NCBI GenBank assembly: GCA_030390025.1
Contig: CM059432.1
Span: 133,178,001-133,242,000, forward strand
Direction of reading: 5' to 3'
DNA from: Squalus acanthias
Lineage: Eukaryota
Length of the DNA stretch: 64,000 nucleotides
How positions within the stretch are numbered: the first letter of the stretch is position 1; every line of letters begins with the position of its first letter. The notes beneath the pieces were generated by a model. The model saw nothing but the letters and a program-made list of their open reading frames with translations. It made no database searches and was not told the DNA's origin. Below are positions 50,790-61,284 of this stretch, in pieces. The translations under genes and the position numbers were made by a program.

Positions 50790-51110
50790 TCTCAGTTTTT
50801 ACCCACAAAAATTGCCGGCCTATTCTTGCCGCTCCCCCAAGATGTTATTCCGCCCTCTCTCCCCCACCCCCCCACTTCCCCCAGCAGTCCCTACCTGTCA
50901 GCTGGCTAGGTGCAGAAGCCGGACAATTTTCCACTGCACTGAGTGGGTGAGCTCCCGCGGAGTGCTGATTTGGCGCCCGCAGCTCACCGCCAACCTTTAA
51001 ATGAGGCCCGAATCTGAAAAAGGTTTGGGCCTTCCGACTGCGGCCTTGGGTGGGCGCTGAGGCCTCACCGCCAAAATCGGCCACTCCGCCATGTTGGAAA
51101 TTTCCCACCA
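50790..51110. mobile_element. GC-rich MITE-like fragment
   Basis: CpG-rich, ends GGAAATTTCCC; similar blocks at ~23060-23640 and ~28430-29000. Confidence 0.4.
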
Positions 51111-51279
51111 AGGTCCTTTCTGTGGTGAATGTAGGGCCAAAAGGTGATCCACCTGTGGCTTAGATACTTCCCTTAGGGAACCATCCTTAGGACATGCTTC
51201 AACTGATGGATCCTTTCAAAGCCTCGTTTTAGAACATATAAAAAAGGAAACCAGATGATTGACAGGCTTAACCCGGTCT

Positions 51280-52065
51280 GAAGCCTGCGCTGCACAAATG
51301 GCCAGCCCCGGACCCCTGGAAATGGACCTGGTACATGGCGGCATCATGCTACCGTGCAGAAGTCCTTCCTCACTCCCCCTCCACTGGCAAATCCATCTTA
51401 CAGAGTCTGCAATACCTTAATTGTTAATGTTTCCCTCAAGTGCATGACAACACAGGAGTTTTAGAACCAGAAAAAGGTTATTTGGCTGAACAAGCCAGTC
51501 CCTTTGCACAGAAATCCTATATTGTAAGAAGGATTTATTACTATTTAAGTCACATTATTTACCTTTTACATTATGATTTTGCAGTGAATATTTACACCGA
51601 GATATCTAAATGTTTTGTATGCATCATCTGTTTAGTTGAACAAATGACCTCAAGACTGTGGCTGTGCTTATCTATAGAGTAATAGCATTTTACTTAGCTG
51701 TATTATTTGTATATAATTGCATTGTTGTCACTGTAATAAAAAACACCTTTGTTTTTCTTACTCATAGCGTCAAACTCAATCTGTATGTGGATGGGAAACC
51801 TCCAATATGGTGCGTGCCTCTCCTTCACCCCACCCCACCCAACCAGCTACATGTAATGATTTTGCTTCCCAGCCATAGTGGGCTCCCTGCAGTGGACGAG
51901 GATTCCCATTGGGAAGCCTGCGCTGCATAAGTGACCAGCCCCGGACCCCAGGAAATGGATCTGGAACATGGTGGCATCATGGTACCGTGCAAAAGTCCTT
52001 TCCCCCCCCCCCCCGCCCCTTTTTTGGCAAATCCGTCTTACAGAGTCTGCAACACCTTAATTGTT
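51280..52065 (+). repeat. Pair of ~150-bp direct repeats (51280-51425; 51913-52065)
   Basis: GAAGCCTGCGCTGCA...CCAGCCCCGGACCCC..GGAAATGGA...TCTTACAGAGTCTGCAA.ACCTTAATTGTT in both. Confidence 0.9.
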
Positions 52066-52114
52066 TCCCAGTATCATTCTTCTCCAATTGTCAAAATTAT
52101 CTATTGTTTTCTTA

Positions 52115-52320
52115 AAGTTGAAATTCCCAAAATGCTGTTGTGGCTGGGGGTCAATTGAAAATGTCAAAACTGAGATTGATAGGTTTTTGTTAGGTAAGGG
52201 TATTAAGGGTTACAGAACCAAGGGGGGGTAGATAGAGTTAGGATACAGATCAGCCACAATCTAATTGAATGGCAGAACAGGCTCGAGGGGCTGAATGGCC
52301 TTCTCCTGTTCCTACGTTCC
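52115..52320 (+). mobile_element. CR1 3' end
   Basis: Same family as 53930-54149. Confidence 0.85.
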
Positions 52321-53112
52321 CTCTCAATAGATCCCTAATTATATCCAGTTTGATAACGCTCATGTTTTACATCAATTCTCATCTTTTTGTACTTGATTTT
52401 TAAGCCCAGATTCACTTTATTATCATCATCGTATCTCTGTAACTGTATGGTGCAGGTGTTCATATCTCCCTCAAAATAGGCGCTGGGATCACAATCTCCA
52501 TTAGACTGCAGTGGCAAAGACTGATTTATTTTATAGTGATTGTGCTGTGTTTGAACACTTGATTGTTTCTCTTGAAGAAAGCTACATCAAATTGCAGTGA
52601 AACTCTCTTCAAGTAGTAGAAGCAGTTTACCATTGAATTCCAAGGCGAATGGCATGAAGAGCAGTTTGATTCCTGACATCCATGTCTTGTCCATAGCACT
52701 GTGTTACTTTATCGTCCTTAGTCTGAGCAATGGCAGTGCCCATTTCACTTGAACAACTGGCCAAGTTTAATTTGTGGGCTTCAATGTGGTTCAAAAAGAG
52801 GGCGAAACTCCTCTTTTAATGAAAAGTGGGAGAATGCTTGTTTTGTTCTGAAATTAAAGACCAGCCAATGACATCTTAAGACCCCACAGCTTTAAAAAAT
52901 GCAGTTTCTGAAAATGTTAGACGTCGTTGGTTACAAAGAGGAACAGTCGGTCTCCTGATTTTTTTTGTTAAAAATGTATTTTACCTTTAAAAATAATCTA
53001 ATTCTGAAAAGCCCACTCATTGAGAAGAGGCTGGCTCTCCGCTCAGAATGAGCAATGCTATTATTGCCGCTCCCTGCTTCTTGTCAAATGGCAGTGGACC
53101 AGATATTCAAAC

Positions 53113-53274
53113 ACTAAAACAAAAGCAAAATGCTGCAGATGCTGGAAATCTGGAAAAAAGAAACAGAAAATGCTGGAAATACTCAGCAGGTCAGGCAGCA
53201 TCTGTGGAGAGAGAAACAAGAGTTAACGTTTCAAGTCAATGACTTTTCGAAAAGTCATCGACCTGAAACACAGC
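53113..53274. mobile_element. Penelope terminal-repeat-derived short insertion with 9-bp TSD and fold-back end
   Basis: TATTCAAAC at 53104-53112 and 53275-53283; palindromic junction GACTTTTC|GAAAAGTC. Confidence 0.75.
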
Positions 53275-53459
53275 TATTCAAACTGTTGGCCGTAAGACAA
53301 TTTCCTTGTGGTAAGTCCACAAATTTATTGGCCAGCCATGAATGCGGTGTATTCTGATTCACTACATCTGCGCTTCATGCAAGTTGACTATATATTCAAA
53401 TTTACCATTTGAATAAGCAGAAACAAGTCAATTGAACTAATGAATATGGCATGTAACTC

Positions 53460-54149
53460 TGGTGTAAATTATGAGGACAGGCTGCATAAATTGTTAGGAC
53501 AGGTTACATAGATGAGGCATGTATTCCCTTGAGTATACATAAGAACATAAGAATTAGGAGCAGGAGTAGGCCATATGGCCCCTCGAGCCTGCTCCACCAT
53601 TCAATAGGATCATGGCTGATTTTTGACCTCAACTCCACTTTCCCGCCTGATCTACATATCCCTTGATTCCCCTAGAATCTATCTGTCTCGGTCTTGAATA
53701 TACTCAACATATATAGAATATTAAGCTGTATGTATAGAAGATTCCCTTAAGTACAGAAGATTAAGGGGTGATCTAATTGATTTGTTTAAGATGATTAAAG
53801 GATTTGATAGGGCAAATGGAGAGAAACTATTTCCTCTGGTGGGGGGAGTCCAGAACAAGGGGGCATCACCTTAAAATTAGAGCTAGGCCGTTCAGGGGTG
53901 ATGTCAGGAAGTCATTCTTTACAGAAATGGTAGTGGAAATCTGGAACTCTCTCCCCAAAAAGCTGTTGAGGCTGGGGTGTCAATTGAAAATTTCAAAACT
54001 GAGATTGATAGATTTTTGTTAGGCAAGGGCATTAAGGGTTACAGAACCATCCTGGGTAGATGGAGTTAAGATACAGATCAGCCATGATCTAATTGAATGT
54101 CGGAACAGGCTCGAAGGGCTGAATGGCCTACTCCTGTTCTTAATGTTCC
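53460..54149 (+). mobile_element. CR1 3' fragment containing an antisense CR1 tail (~53537-53708)
   Basis: GESRTRGHHLKIRARPF...WNSLP; nested CATAAGAACATAAGAA tail. Confidence 0.9.
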
Positions 54150-54719
54150 TGTTGCCATTTTTGACATGCCAATAATTGGGCACTAAATGACCAATTCTCA
54201 GGGTATCTGCCCATAAACTGCAGTCTACAAGGGAGGATACAGCTAAGTCAATGAGAGTCAAATGAAATTCAATTACTTAAGAGGGTTAAATTCTTTATAA
54301 AGCACTTGAGAATTATGAAAACTGAGAAAGCACAGGATGTTCGTGCAGGCACACCCTATTGTGAAAACAGTTTGAAGGATCTAGTTACACTAAAGGTGAC
54401 ACTGAAGATTCAATATTTGCAACTGTCAGTTTTGATGAACAATACTTCACCCTGAATGGTGCTTTCAAAGAGCAGAACAAGACTTCATCTAAAGTACCTC
54501 TGTTATCCTCAGCTTTGTAATTTAAACTGCACTTTTTCCAGTTTGGAGGAAAATTGTGGAAATTATAAACGTGCCTTTGTGTTGCCATGGTGTTTTTATA
54601 AAAGTTATGTTACGTCTTACGTTCTACTAGAGATTATACTTTATACAGTCACAGCATTCACATTCAAAACTAAGCAGTGATATAGAGGGGAAAAATTAAG
54701 TGGATGGTGTAGAAACATT

Positions 54720-55310
54720 TGTACTGTCAGTATAAGTATCAAACTTCTCATGATCTTGGTATTCATGACTAATCTTGATAAACCACATCCATCAATTACC
54801 ATAAGCATTATGTATGGGGGAGTCTTGGTCACATACTTTTGGGTTGTCTGAATATTCAATGCGGCACCGAAGAAAGATAGATGATCGGATAATAGGATGT
54901 TACAATTAAGATCCTGGAACAGTTTCTCATTCACTATGGTTTCCATGAGCATTGATATGATTGGCAGTAGGAAGTTTTCTGTAAGTTTCAGGGTCTGACT
55001 TTGATTGCTTCTTGTGGGTAAATACAACATCTACTGCATTCCTCATACATAGAATGATACCTATTGGCCAAGGCAGCTGAAACTGTTAAGCCAGGGAGCA
55101 GCTAGTTCCTCAGATAGGGCTTTGTAAAACCTTGCACCTATACCTAGGGCCAGGAGGGTCATGCTTTCAAAGGAGATATTTAATGCTTTTGTACATGATC
55201 TGGTTCATTGCGTTGCTACACTACAATAGGACTTGCTACTTGTTGTACTTGCTCTTAGATTTCAGATGAATTTTCAGCAAACATGGTGTTTGATAATTCT
55301 ATCTTATCCA
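54720..55310 (-). mobile_element. Highly decayed LINE RT fragment
   Basis: Frameshifted PGP..., HKKQSKSDPETYR, IISMLMETIVNEKL...LLSDHLSF, in the order of RT domains 0-2. Confidence 0.6.
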
Positions 55311-55646
55311 TGGACGTATGGCATGGGACTCCATCTTTCTCAAGGGGATCAAGATTTAGGTTGACCCAATAATGGAAGCAGATTTGACCAACTTCCAACA
55401 GCCTTAGGACCCTATTTGTGAATTATGCAGCTTGCAGCAGGTCTCAAACTTATACTCCTGGAAAACTGATGACAGGTATTTCCATGTTGGAACATGGTAT
55501 TGAGGGTCAGGTAGGCTTAGCTGTGCTTTTGGTGGCTTGACCTTTCCCATCTGCCACAGTGTTTCGATTTATTGGCTAATGCTGCAGCTGAGGAGAGGAA
55601 GGGAGTGGGGGCTGGGGGTGGGGTGGTGGGGTGAGGAGAAAGGAAA

Positions 55647-56043
55647 ACAACAACTTGTATTTACAACAACAACTGGCATTTATATAGCGCCTTCAATGTA
55701 GTAAAATGTCCCAAGGCACTTCACAGGAGCGTTATAACACAAGATTTGACACCGAGCCACATAAGGAGATATTAGGGCAGCTAGAGGTCGGTTTTAAGGA
55801 GCGTCTTAAAGGAGGAGAGAGAGGTAGAGAGGTGGAGAGGTTTAGGGAGGGAATTCCAGAGCTTAGGGCCCAGGCAGTTGAAGGCACGGCCACCAACGGT
55901 GGAGCGATTAAAATCGGGGATGCTCAAGAGGCCAGAATTGGAGGAGCACGGAGATCTCGGAGGGTTGTAGGGCTGTAGGAGATTCCAGAGAGAGGGAGGG
56001 GCGAGGTCATGGAGATGATTTGAAAACAAGGATGAGAATTTAA
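55647..56043 (-). mobile_element. L2 LINE 3' end
   Basis: Same family as 31437. Confidence 0.9.
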
Positions 56044-56855
56044 ATATCATAAATGGAGAAAAGAATGAGGGAACCCATATATACACACACATATATATTG
56101 GAGAAGGGTTATGGGAAGAGGGGAACCCAAGATCCAACAGTGAAACTGAAGATCAGCAGGAAAAGAGCAGAAGATGTGAGTCAATCAGCCAATCCACCCT
56201 GGAAAATTTCTTTCAGCACCAAAGACATGAATAGTATGAAAATTCTACCTGCCCCATTTGTAAAACCTACCTTCTGCACATTTCCACAAAAATACTTTGT
56301 TCTTTGTTTGCAGGAAGATTTTGCAGGAAGTTGCGCGTTTCTATTTTAGTTTTCGTGTGAACCACTGACAGAGCCTACAAGTTCTTTCTTCATTGTACTG
56401 AAAGTAATGAGCAAAGGTTTAGTTTGCATCCTCTGGAAATTGGTTTCTTCCACTTTTCCTTGGGATTTCCAAGTATCTGGAAGCACAACAGTAGTAAAGT
56501 CTAGCGAAATTCAGAAGAACTTCCTTCTACAACCTGCCACAGTTCTGGCCTCACAGGATTTTATCAGTAATGAAGCCTGGGTTAAGAGAGCATGCAACAG
56601 AATTTGCACCAATGATACTTGCTGGTCATGTAAATTATTTTAGTGAGCATTTTTAAACTTTTACTGTGTCAGATCCTGACCTGCTATAGGTTTGGTGAAT
56701 ATGTTTTCTCCTGCTAATGCCAAGGTAAAAAATTCCTCTCGTCAGTATGCGTGGCAATAGTGAAAATGCATTTGTGAAGATTTCCTCCGCTCACTATTTC
56801 GAGTGAAATTGTAAACAGGCTTCAAAATAGTCGACTGAGCTAAATTGAAGACAAA

Positions 56856-56977
56856 AGCAAAATACTGCGGGTGCTGGAAATCGGAAATAGAAACAGAAAA
56901 TGCCGGAAATACTCAGCAGGCCAGGCAGCATCTGTGGAGAGAGAAACAGAGTTAACGTATCAGGTCGATGACCTTTC
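56856..56977. mobile_element. Penelope terminal-repeat-derived short insertion with 13-bp TSD
   Basis: AATTGAAGACAAA (56843-56855) / AATCGAAGACAAA (56978-56990); body matches 53113. Confidence 0.8.
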
Positions 56978-56999
56978 AATCGAAGACAAACAAGACAAC

Positions 57000-58030
57000 A
57001 AAACTGCCTGAATTGAGGCAATTTGATGCTGTGCTAGCTATGGATATAAATCGGACTATGTCAAATATGCTATAAAACCAGCTTCACTGATAATTTTAGC
57101 TAATTTAGCCTTTTATTTGCATCAACAAAGTGATTAATTGAAAATAAATGGTTTCAAAAAGAATGTTTTTGCGATTGCACTAGAAATATCAAAGAGGGAG
57201 TCCATACAAACACATTTGTGATGTCAATACGCATAGAAACTAGTGAAATCTTTACTCCAGAGTGAAACCAAGCCTTTGTCACTGATTAGTCAGTGTGACA
57301 ACACCCCTTCTAACATTTGTTGTGCAGGATCTTTATCGTCTGAACCGTCCAGCAACTATACATGTAACACAATGTTGCAAATTCAATATATACATAAAAA
57401 CCCCACTTTTTGAATGTCGTGAAGAGCTCTCTTCAACCCGTGGCTATATCTAAGATGCCGCCATTCATTAGTTTGTTTAATTCATTGACGGTGGAAAAAG
57501 TTTCAGAATTCACATGTCAACATTGGCACTTGGCTGCCTTTCTTTAAAAAAAAATGTTACGATCAGACTGAACAAAATTTAAACCAGTGAGTCAGCTGAC
57601 AAGCTATTGTGCTAACAATTCAAATGCAAGCCTGAAAAATATGGCTGAGGCTTTTCCTTCCTGGCATGCCAGAGCCTCCTGATTCATATGTATCTCTTTG
57701 TCAGTAAACGCAGAGTATTAGATGAACTGATTAAATTTCTTCCAGCACTGACACCCAGTGCTCTGAGGAATCACCAGTGCCATTGTGACTGGCAGATCTC
57801 TTATTACTGTTACACAACCACTTATGACTTTCACTCCCATCCGACGCTCTAACATTTCAGCTACAGCTTTGTACGCTCTTTTATTTTGACATAATCATTT
57901 TGTTGATGCAAATAAAAGGCTAAATTAGTTACGCTATAAGGGAAATTGGTTTTTATACTGTATTTGATATGATTCTTGCTTTCATATCCAGCGAGCGTGC
58001 CCTCAAGTCGGTACAATTCAGGCAGTTTAT
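57000..58030. repeat. Diverged long inverted-repeat pair (~57000-57150 / ~57880-58030)
   Basis: 30-bp perfect core at 57100-57129 and 57899-57928; also AAACTGCCTGAATTG. Confidence 0.8.
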
Positions 58031-58140
58031 CAGTTTCCAACAAAACAAACAGCTGGGTTGTTGTCTTACTCGTCGTTGACTCTCTAAGTACAAGTTGAAT
58101 CTTAATAAAATCATAACTAGTTTGTCGAGATGTTTTGCAT

Positions 58141-58727
58141 TTTTTTTTATTTGTTTATGGGATGTGGGCGTCGCTGGCAAGGCTAGCATTTATTGCCCAT
58201 CCCTAGTTGCCCCTTGAGAAGGTGGTGGTGAGCCGCCTTCTTGAACCGCTGCAGTCCGTGTGGTGAAGGTACTCCCACAGTGCTGTTAGGTAGGGAGTTC
58301 CAGGATTTTGACCCAGCGACGATGAAGGATCGGCGATATACTTCTAAGTCAGGATGGTGTGTGACTTGGAGGGGAACTTGGAGGTGGTGGTGTTCCCATG
58401 CACCTGCTGCCCTTGTCCTCCTAGGTCGTGGGTTTGGGAGGTGCTGCCGAAGAAGCCTTGGCGAGTTGCTGCAGTGCATCTTGTAGATGGTACACACTGC
58501 AGCCACGGTACGCCGGTGGTGGAGGGAGTGAATGTTTAAGGTGGTGGATGGGGTGTTAATCAAGCGTGCTGCTTTGTCCTGGATGGTGTCGAGCTTCTTG
58601 AGTGTTGTTGGAGCTGCACTCATCCAGGCAAGTGGAGAGTATTCCATCACACTCCTTACTTGTGCCTTGTAGATGGTGGAAAGGCTTTGGGGAGTCAGGA
58701 GGTGAGACACGTGCCGCAGAATACCTA
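58141..58727 (-). mobile_element. L2/Crack-group LINE 3' fragment
   Basis: IYKAQVRSVMEYSPLAW...RSFIVAGSKSWNSLP. Confidence 0.93.
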
Positions 58728-59599
58728 GATTGAATCAGGGTTATCTGTGAATCATGGTTTCTACAATCTGATGATAAAAATAACCAACTGGCAGATCGTG
58801 TATTCAATCCACACAAAACCAACATTGAAAAAAAAACTCTCAATAAAAACATCCCTTTCTCATAAACATGATTAGATTTCTGAAACAAAATCCAGCCATG
58901 GATTGACTATAATGCCTGAATTAAAAGTCGCTCATGGAGAAGTTGGTGTATAAGTGTTATGCTCCAATCAGGAATTTTATATAATGGGAGTGAGTGGAAG
59001 TGGTTTGGTATATCGGAATTTTGCATTTCCTTGAGATTATGTTGGCATGTAGTAAGCGTTTATCTGGGGTTGACTTGAATTACAGTGCAATGGCCCAGAA
59101 TTTCCTCCATGCGATTTAAACTGCTGTTGCACCTTTTTTTTAAAAAGTGCTGCATCTGCCACTGACCTCTAGAGGGAGATACACGGAAGTTTTCCTGGAT
59201 ATGTTCGTTTGCCTATCCACTGGTGCAAGCAGTGGGCCAAAACCAGTGCAAACAGCTGAACCAGCAGGAAACTTCTGTGTAACATTTTACATGCACTGCT
59301 CAGGCTGCCTATTCAGTAGTATGCTGGGGTGGGGGTGGGGGGGGGGGGGGGGGGGGAGGAAGATAAGGCCGGAAAAGTGCTTGGCTCTTTCATTTCTCTC
59401 TGCATGTCTTACCAATATTTTTTATTCGACAGAGCTAAGAATTTCCAAGTACCATTTTTATCCAGAGGGCAAAAAGAAATGACTACAAGCCAGGGAAGAA
59501 GAATGCACAACGTCACCCGTTCAGACCTCCAAGCATCCCTGAAGGCAGGACAATTAGACTCCTGGCTGTGGGAGCCACCAGAATTATCATGCCTGCCAC

Positions 59600-60315
59600 C
59601 TGGACTTACACCTGCCCACAGACTTTCTATAGGCTTTTGCACTGAAACCTGCAGTGATTCGAAAGCCATTTCGGCGCGGCACGCTCTACAGGGGATCTGG
59701 GACCTGTGTGAACAGGGCAAGCAACTGTGTGCCTCCTTAACCAATCAGATTGAAGAATCCTTACTAAGAGTCTGAACCAGGAAGTGTACGTTAGAATATT
59801 GAATTCAATGTAAAGTCATGTACAGAAAGCGAAATAAAGAGAGGGAAAGAAAGATGGGATTAAGAGAGAGAGATAAAAGAGACAGAAACTGTTAAAAAAA
59901 ATCTTTTAAATCTCCAACAATAATTAAAATCTGAAGGAATGAGACTCCACACTTGTAAAAGTTAAGTTTCAGAGCCAGAGAGGTACTTAATTTTCAGAGC
60001 CAGAGAGGCAGTAATTAAGACTTACTACACCATTAAAAATTTGCTTACACTAGAATGGACAAGCCCTAACTTTTACTGGCGAGTTTAGTGTGAATCTATC
60101 ATGTAAGTACCCCAAATTCACACCCTTCCATGTATGTGAATGCCGAGTCTCTGGGCAAGATACTGGTGTAGCAAAGCTTCTGGAGGAACAGGGCAACTTC
60201 CTGATTTCCGCGTTTAACTGCACATGTGCGGTCGCCGGAAGTTGCTGTCCGATTTACTCTTTAATAATGGAGAGCGCTGATAGCCTCACCGTTATTCTCA
60301 ACGCAAAATCCGGGC
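59600..60315 (+). mobile_element. MITE family B relative (left end uncertain)
   Basis: Purine-rich core, GGAATGAGACTCCACA, hairpin GCAACTTCC...GGAAGTTGC, end CAAAATCCGGGC. Confidence 0.6.
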
Positions 60316-60344
60316 TAATAATAAAAACATTCTTTGGAAACAGA

Positions 60345-61169
60345 GGGGGCGATTTTTTGACTGGGAGCGCATTGGAGGCGGGACTGCTGCTTGTCGGGTC
60401 GATGTCCCGCCTCCATCGATTTATGGCCAACCCACGCTATTTTCCCCTGATTGACCTTGTTAAGCCCACCCAGCGGGCTTAGCAGGCCAATTAAGGGAAA
60501 GCCGGTTGCAGAGCACGTCAACGTATGACGTTTCATCTGTCAAAAAATTTTGACAGATGAATTGTCATCATTTGACAGCTCTCTGAAGCTGTCAAACACT
60601 GACATTCTCTGCAGTTTGATGAAGTCCTACATACAAGACCTCATCAACCTTCTTTCTTTTACAGAAATGAGATGGTTGTTGCATATGAGAATGCAACGGC
60701 CATCTCTCATCTGCAACATGGAGGTCCGAGAGTCTCCGCAAACAAACCGACTGAAGCCTGCAGGAAGAAACAAAGGTAAATACACTTTTAAAAACACTTT
60801 GCACTTACCTCAGATACTCACCTCTACACTCTTGCACCCATCACTTACCTTCACACCACACTTTTGCACCCCCCCCGACCCCCGCAGACCCAGTACTCGC
60901 TGAGCTGAGCTGGCGGGTTTTGGAGCCTTCGGGAAGCCCGCACTTGTGAGGGCAAAAAGGGGTAATCCTATTTTCTGCCTGTTAACTACCTGCTAACAGG
61001 CAGTTAATAGGCTTTAATCCCTTCCCGCCTCCAAGTAGACGGGACCCGGCGCGGGACGGCTACCCGCCTCCTGGGAAGATGGCAGGTGCCCAACCCGCCC
61101 CCAAATTCTGCCATTTTCCTGGCAGTCCCGCCTCCATACCCGTCTCCCCAGGGCTGTCAAAATCACCCC
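60345..61169. mobile_element. Harbinger-like non-autonomous element, AGA flanks
   Basis: GGGGGCGATTTTTTGAC...TGGAGGCGGGACTGC / GCAGTCCCGCCTCCA...GTCAAAATCACCCC. Confidence 0.7.
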
Positions 61170-61284
61170 AGAGTGTTAATGGGCCCTGCACAGACACGCA
61201 AATACAGTTCATTTTTAATTAATCAAGAAACTTCAAATGTGAGCAGTTGGCTCCAAAATATTAGGAACCAATTTTTTAAAAGCT

